A stretch of DNA of 64,000 bases, from contig JAIVFI010000031.1 of assembly GCA_025558095.1 (NCBI GenBank), positions 372,001 to 436,000 of the forward strand, given 5' to 3'. The notes under the pieces were generated by a model. It was given only the letters and a program-made list of their open reading frames with translations. It made no database searches and was not told the DNA's origin. A program made the translations under genes and the position numbers. Origin of the DNA: Hyaloraphidium curvatum SAG 235-1. Taxonomy: Eukaryota > Fungi > Monoblepharomycota. Numbering within the stretch: the stretch's first letter is position 1; each line of letters opens with the position of its first letter. Positions 58,171-64,000 of the stretch are shown here, in pieces.

Positions 58171-61157
58171 TCATGCTCGAAGATCGGCAGGCACTTCTGC
58201 CTCCGTTCCCCACGCGACCAGGGACCCGTCCGCCTTGAGCGCCATGGCATAACGCTCCCCCGCAGTCACCTGCACCACCGCGTCCAGGTCCGGAGGCACC
58301 GCCAGCTGCCCCGTCGAGTTGCGCCCCCACGCCGCCACCCTCCCAGTCTCGAGCAGCGCGAGGCTGTACGACACCCCTGCCTCGACCTGCTTGACCTTGC
58401 CAAGGCCGGCGGGCACTTCCCGCTCCCTGAAGAAGTTGAAGCCGCCCCATGCGACCACGGTGCCGTTCGAGAGCAGGGCGAGGTTGTGCGTCGGCGAGGC
58501 CGACACCTGCGCGACGCCCTGCAGCGATCCGGCATAGTCGGCGTCCGACAGGTTGGGATCGCCCCAGCTGAACACCGTCCCGTCCGTCCGCAGCGCGAGC
58601 GTGTGGATCCCCGACGAGGAAACGTGCGCCACCCCCGACAGCCCGTCGGGCACCGTCCCCTGGTCCCGCAGGTTGGAACCCCACGCCACCACCGTCCCGT
58701 TCTCCAGCAGCGCCTTGGCGACCGAGACCTGCCTTACACCGGTCAAGTTCAACGGCAGCATGACCTGCGCCGCCGTCTCGCCCCAGGCGCGCAGCGTCCC
58801 AGTGTCCGTCAGCGCGACGTAGTACCCCGGGCCGGCGCTCAGCTGCTTGACCTTGCCCTGCAGATCCGGGGGCACGTCCGTGAAGTACTTTCCCCAGGCA
58901 CGCACGGTGCCGTCGTGGAACACCGCAGCCGCACTGGAGTAGCCCGCCACGACCTGCTTGATCCGCGCCGTCTCGCTCGGCGCGCAGACCTTGCCGCTGC
59001 CCCTGAAGCCGGCCTTGCACACGCACGTGGCCACGTGATCGCTACCCGTGCACAGCGCATGCGGGGAACACACACCCCGCACGGCGGCGCACGGCTCGGG
59101 CGGGTCACACTGCCCGCCTTCGTCGTTGTTGCCGCAGAAAACCCGCAGCGTCCCATCGGGCATCAGACCCACGGCGTGCACGCTCCCCACCGCCAACTGG
59201 GCCAGCCCCTCCGTGTCCCCCAGCGCCAGTGCTGTGGTCTGCGCGGCGTCGTTGGCGCCCCACGCCACCACCCGGCTCCCCGCCAGCACTGCCGCGCTAC
59301 GCTTCTCCCCGGCCACAACCGCCACGGCGCCCGACACCCCCGGGGGCATGTTGCGCTGCCCCTTGTCGTCGGCCCCGAATGCCACCACAGATCCGTTCTT
59401 GAGCAGCACCAAACTGTGGTCGTAACCGGCCGACACCGCCGCCACGCCTTTCAGACCCTTCGGCACGGTCGCCTTCCCCGAGGGATCCCCGTTCCCGAAC
59501 CCGAACGCCTGCACGGTGCCGTCCCGCATCAGCACCAGCACGTGGTCGTTCCCTGCCGACACCTGCGCCGCGCCGGTTAGGCCCTGCAGCGCCGTCTGCG
59601 TTGCGCGGCGGTTGCCCCACACGTGCACGGTGCCGTTGGCGTCGAGCGCGGCAGAGAAACCGGCTCCGGCTGTAATGTCCTTGATCCCTGGGATGCGTGG
59701 GGGTACCCTGGCAGAGCCGGGGCCTGGGCCCCAGCCGACGAGGTCGCCGGTCCGGAGAAGCGCGACCGTGTGCAGGAAGCCGGCGGCGACCCGAACCACC
59801 CCGCGGAGGTTGGCCGGCACGGTGGCCTTGGTGCCGTTGCTGTAGGTGCCCCAGGCCTGCACGGTGCCGTCGCTCATGACGGCGACGGTGTAGTTGCCCT
59901 TGGAAGCGACCTGGCGGTACAGCGGGCTCGCGGCCAGCAGGCAGGTGCGTCCATCGCCGATGTGGTTGGCGCGGCAGGAGCATTTGGCCCTGCCCTGGTC
60001 GTTGGTGCAGAGGGCGTTGGCCGCGCAGCCGCCGTTGCTGTCCGAACACGGATTGGGCCGGGCGCACTGGCCAAAGTTGGAGGCGCCCCGGCATCCCCAG
60101 AGGAACAGAGACCCGTCGACCATCAGCAATGCGTTGTGGTACGACCCCGCCGCCACGTTGAGCATGGTCGTGCGCTGCGGAAATACGAGCGTCCGGGGCA
60201 CATTGGTCTGGCCGTACGAGTTGTCGCCCAGCACGAAGATCCCCGACGGGTCGTGTGCGCGGACCACGACGTGGCCTTCGCCGGCGGCGATCTGCACCAA
60301 GCTGACGGCCTGCTTCATGGTGAGAGCGATGTAGTAGCGCTGTGTCTGTACGCGGCCGTTCCATAGGCCCCAGACCAGGACCGAGCCGTCGCCCAGGGCG
60401 GCGGCCGAAAAGGAGGCGCCGGCGGCGACGCTGCGCGCGACCGTCACGACGGCGGACCCGTTGACCACCATGGGGCCCTGCAGCTCGCGCGGCACGTTGC
60501 ACTGGCCGTGCTCGTTGGAGCCCCAGGCTGGAAGAGGCACTTGTGAGGGGTGAAGACGTGCTGCGTGCCAGACGACCTACCCCTCACCGTGCCATCGGCC
60601 AGCAGCGCGAGCGAGTGCGCCCTCCCGCCGCCGAGCTGCCGCACGTTCTCCAGCCCCACAGGCACTGTCGACTGCCCTGCCTCGTCCGCGCCGAAAGCCC
60701 GAACCGTCCCGTTCTTCAGGATCACCAGCGTGTGGGCGCCGCCTGCCGCCACGTCGCGCGCATCTCGGAGGCCATCGGGCACCAGCGCGCCTGGGCCAGC
60801 GCCCCACGCGCGCAGCGACCCGTCATTAAACATGGCGACGGCGTGGGCCGCGCCCGCCGCCAGGCGTGTGACTCCCTGGAGCCCAACCGGCAGCAAGTCC
60901 ACGACCGGCCCCGCACCCCACACCCGGATCGTGCCCTCGGCGCGCAAAGCAAGCGTGAATTGCTCGCCCGCTGCCGTCTCCACGAACCGCGAGCCCAGCC
61001 CGTCGCTGTATGCCCTCTCGAGCTCGCGCGCAACGGGCCCGGAAAGCCCCGCCGCGAGGGCCTCGGGAGGCAGCTGGTCGGCCCCGGTGCCGTCGCATGC
61101 CCCTCCCGGCGGCCACGCCGCCAGCAGCAGGACAATCGCCGCCGCCGCCAGGCGCAT
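58171..61157 (-). CDS. Secreted RCC1/BLIP-II repeat protein with two EGF domains (2 exons)
   Basis: Signal peptide MRLAAAAIVLLLAAWPPGGAC; many ~38-40-aa repeats AG..HSLAL..DGTV.AWG....GQ..VP..L.GV; EGF CSDSNGGCAANALCTNDQGRAKCSCRANHIGDGRTC and CAAVRGVCSPHALC..CVCKAGFRGSGKVC. Confidence 0.88.
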
Positions 61158-61272
61158 GGCTCCCTGCGTGGCGGGCCCAGCGTTGTTTGGATTCGAGCCG
61201 TTGTTTGGACGCAAAACGTGGCGGTGGCCAACTGCGCTCTCCCAAATCTCCTCCCCATACAGGCCGAAGGAT

Positions 61273-62607
61273 CTAGAAAAAGCGGTCCGCCCCCGGCAGC
61301 GACCTCATCGCAAGCCCCAGCCCCCAGCTCCCCGCGATGCTAGCCAGTCCCGTCGCTCCCGCCCTCAGCCCCGTCCCGAGTGATGCCCAATCCACCCCGA
61401 AGCTCGCGAGCAGGTGCGGGAGCACCACCGAGGCCAGCACCGTCGGGATCGGGTGCAGCACGTAGGTGGCAAGCGACGCACGGTCCATGGCCGCGAGCAG
61501 GTCGCGGACACGGGCGCGGGTGCCTTCCGGGACAGAGTCCCACCAGGTGGCGAGGAACGCAGGGTATGTGCCGACCAGCGAGTAGGCCGTGATGCCGACA
61601 GCGACCGCTGGCTCCCAAAGCGCGTACGCGACGGCGTCGAGGTCGAACCCGCCCGCGATGTTCACCTTTCCCACGTCGCCGGCGTGCCTCACGAAAAGGT
61701 AGGCGGGCAGCGCCGGGATCGCGGCCAGGGAGAAGGCGAGCAGCCGTGCAGCGAACGCCGACGTTTGCGGGTCCGGGCCCGCGGCTGGGAACAGGGTCGG
61801 GAGGTGCCTCCCTCCCGCGATCCCGAGGGCAAAGGCGATAACGTAGCCGGGGAAGAAGCCGAGCTGGAAGCCAAGCCTGCCGAGCGCGCGCTCGAGCCAC
61901 GCCGGGACGGGCGGGCGGGCGCGCTCGCCGATCGGGAACAGCAGCCGCGCGGCGAACGACGCCGGGGGCACGAGCGCAAGGTAAGCGAGGGCCCCGCGAC
62001 GCACGAGATCCGTCTGCGTGGTGGGTGCCTCCGTGCCGGGTTTGCGGCCAGTGCCCTCGTCGCGCGGAAACAGCGCCCGGATCCCGACGAATCCGGCCGT
62101 GAACGCGATGCCCGCCAGCGCAAACCACAGCGGTCCCGGCGCCAGTCTGCCCCGCGCCGTCTTGGGCAGCTCCGACAGGAACTTCCCCGCGAACTCGGGC
62201 AGCCACGTCCCCAGGGGCTCAAAGACCACGGCACCCGTCGGCGAACGCTTGACGAGCGACATCTCCGCGTTGCAGAATGCTTGGACCACCGGCCCCACGA
62301 GGAACGCGTACAGAACGGTCGGAATCCCGAGCCTCCTTGCTCTGTCCGCCATGTACCCGCGCAAACCCCTCTTTGCGGCCCCGCCCTCCACGAAGAACCC
62401 GCTCAGGAGGAAAAACTCCGACATGAAGAAGCTCTGGTTGACTCCCGCGATGATCGACAGCCCCGGCGACACGAAGCCCGGGGGCAGCGAGGGGTCGTGG
62501 AAGGGCCAGCCGCCGGACGCGCCGTTGGCGATGGAGGAGTGGTGCCACGGGACCAGGCAGGTCAGCGCGACGCGCGCGTGGGAGACGGTGGAGAGCATTG
62601 TGGGCAT
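61273..62607 (-). CDS. Acyltransferase-3 family (OpgC-like) membrane acyltransferase
   Basis: RVALTCLVPWHH, NQSFFMSEFFLLSGFF, DRARRLGIP, GPLWF, SLATYVLH; intronless. Confidence 0.85.
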   Translation of the reverse strand: MPTMLSTVSHARVALTCLVPWHHSSIANGASGGWPFHDPSLPPGFVSPGLSIIAGVNQSFFMSEFFLLSGFFVEGGAAKRGLRGYMADRARRLGIPTVLYAFLVGPVVQAFCNAEMSLVKRSPTGAVVFEPLGTWLPEFAGKFLSELPKTARGRLAPGPLWFALAGIAFTAGFVGIRALFPRDEGTGRKPGTEAPTTQTDLVRRGALAYLALVPPASFAARLLFPIGERARPPVPAWLERALGRLGFQLGFFPGYVIAFALGIAGGRHLPTLFPAAGPDPQTSAFAARLLAFSLAAIPALPAYLFVRHAGDVGKVNIAGGFDLDAVAYALWEPAVAVGITAYSLVGTYPAFLATWWDSVPEGTRARVRDLLAAMDRASLATYVLHPIPTVLASVVLPHLLASFGVDWASLGTGLRAGATGLASIAGSWGLGLAMRSLPGADRFF

Positions 62608-62859
62608 GACGGTGGAGGAAGCGGCGACGCGTCGAAAGCCTGTCAACGGCGTGCGTGCTTCCGTCCGTCTCAGAAGGCGAGAGAGGGACGACGGCGGCCG
62701 CGCCGCCGTGGTCGGCGCGGACTCAGGGTCCTGGAGCAATCCTCGCAAATCTCTAGTGCCACTGCGTGGGCGGCGCACCCTACCTGCTCAACACGTCGCG
62801 AGCCGCTTCCGTCCCACCTCGGGCCCGGCGCCTACGCCTCTCCCCTTCGCACCCCCGAA

Positions 62860-63207
62860 ATGTCCTCCTCCAACTCGACGACCGTAGCGGCCCGCAGCAC
62901 CATCCCCTCGGGACCGACCACCACCACCGCCGTCGAGGGCACCGTGGAAGCAACCTCGGGCACCTTCCGCGGGGAGAACTTCGAGCAGACCGCAGTGTTC
63001 GAGATCGACGGCGGGGCCGAGTTCTCGGAACAGCCCGCGCCGGCCCCGGCCCCGGTGCTGATCCAGCAGGCCGCACCGGCCCCGCCGGCAAAAGTGCAGG
63101 TGGCAGCTCCGCAGCCGACGATCACGAAGCCGGCGGCGCCGCCGGCGCCCAAGCCCCAACCGGCACCGGAGCCAAAGAAGGAGAAGAAGAGCTGCTCGTT
63201 GATGTAG
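62860..63207 (+). CDS. Small Pro/Ala/Thr-rich protein with polybasic CaaX terminus
   Basis: ATG in aaATGt context; 115 aa ending PKKEKKSCSLM*. Confidence 0.7.
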   Translation: MSSSNSTTVAARSTIPSGPTTTTAVEGTVEATSGTFRGENFEQTAVFEIDGGAEFSEQPAPAPAPVLIQQAAPAPPAKVQVAAPQPTITKPAAPPAPKPQPAPEPKKEKKSCSLM

Positions 63208-63546
63208 GGTTGGGGGATCGACCGACTGACACGACTGCGGTAGATTTTGCCGTCGATTTCGCTTGGAGCTTTGGAGGAGGACGGCCGGTTATGCGGCGTG
63301 GTTCGCGCAGACTTCAACGCTATCCGGACGCGCCCATCGAGATCTTAGACTCGCCTCAAATCTGCTTGTTTATGTAATCCGAATGAGCTCCGTTTACGCA
63401 CTGTAGAGTCTGATCGGCGTTCAGCATTGGAAAGGACGACTGTGATCCTTCAACGCTTCGTGACGATCGGCCGGCAGACGGCACCACAGCGAGCCGAACC
63501 CAACATCACCGGCGCGTTGCCTGCTGCGAATCCCAGGTCGTACGGC

Positions 63547-64000
63547 ATGTCCGTTCCTTCCTACATTCCCGCCGCCCTGCGGCCGCAAATCCAGCGCTTC
63601 CTGGACTTTGGCGCGCGTGCCGAGTGGCCGGACCCGTTCCAAGCGGACGACGGCTTCCGCTCGGCCGTGCTCGTGCTGCTCGTCCCCGACGACCGCGGCG
63701 AGAACCTGGACGTGGTTCTGACGGTGCGGACGACCAAGCTGCGGCGGAACGCCGGGGAGGTGGCCCTTGCCGGAGGTGGGAGACGCGGCGCGTTAATCGT
63801 TGCCGATGCTGACCTACAATGAAAGGCCGGTTCGACGCGGCGGACAAGACGCTGACCGTCACTGCGCTCCGCGAGTGCGAGGAGGAGATCGGCGTGCCCG
63901 CATCGGCCGTCACGGTGCTCTGCACGCTCCCCGTGTTCATCTCCCGGACGTCGCCCAAAACCCTGGCCGACGGCGTGCCGTCCAAGTACACCAACCTGCT
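63547..64000 (+). CDS. Nudix CoA pyrophosphatase (NUDT7/Pcd1-like), truncated by the window end
   Basis: SAVLVLL, VVLTVRTTKLRRNAGEVALAGG, then after an intron the Nudix box TALRECEEEIG. Confidence 0.85.

Overview
GC-rich, gene-dense eukaryotic DNA with about 38 protein-coding genes in 64 kb and many short (~50-60 nt) GT-AG introns with CTRAC-like branch points. The Zn2Cys6 factor, Chs4/Skt5-like Sel1 protein, Crh-type GH16, NMA111 and ACO2 point to a fungus. The copine-type C2 protein, cyclin-Q-like gene, TKL kinase and GR-like membrane protein suggest an early-diverging, chytrid-grade lineage (inference). Recognisable housekeeping genes are COG8, DIC1, CIA1, NMA111, RPC19, SLC1, an HP1/Swi6-like gene, FMC1, SPS19 and ACO2. 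The most striking structure is an ankyrin-TKL kinase gene at 52.2-54.0 kb. It is frameshifted, CpG-depleted and bracketed by ~300-bp direct repeats that duplicate the last intron, last exon and downstream spacer of the neighbouring SDR gene. Other candidates: an FNT channel / Zn2Cys6 / dicarboxylate carrier / family-1B-like CoA-transferase cluster; a gustatory-receptor-like 7TM channel; an SLX4IP-like protein; a standalone B3/4 tRNA-editing protein; a secreted RCC1-EGF mosaic protein; and a CFEM-like/ricin-like/TM/SH3 receptor next to cell-wall genes. No rRNA, tRNA or CRISPR was seen. Gene models were spliced by eye and family calls come from remembered motifs, not database searches.
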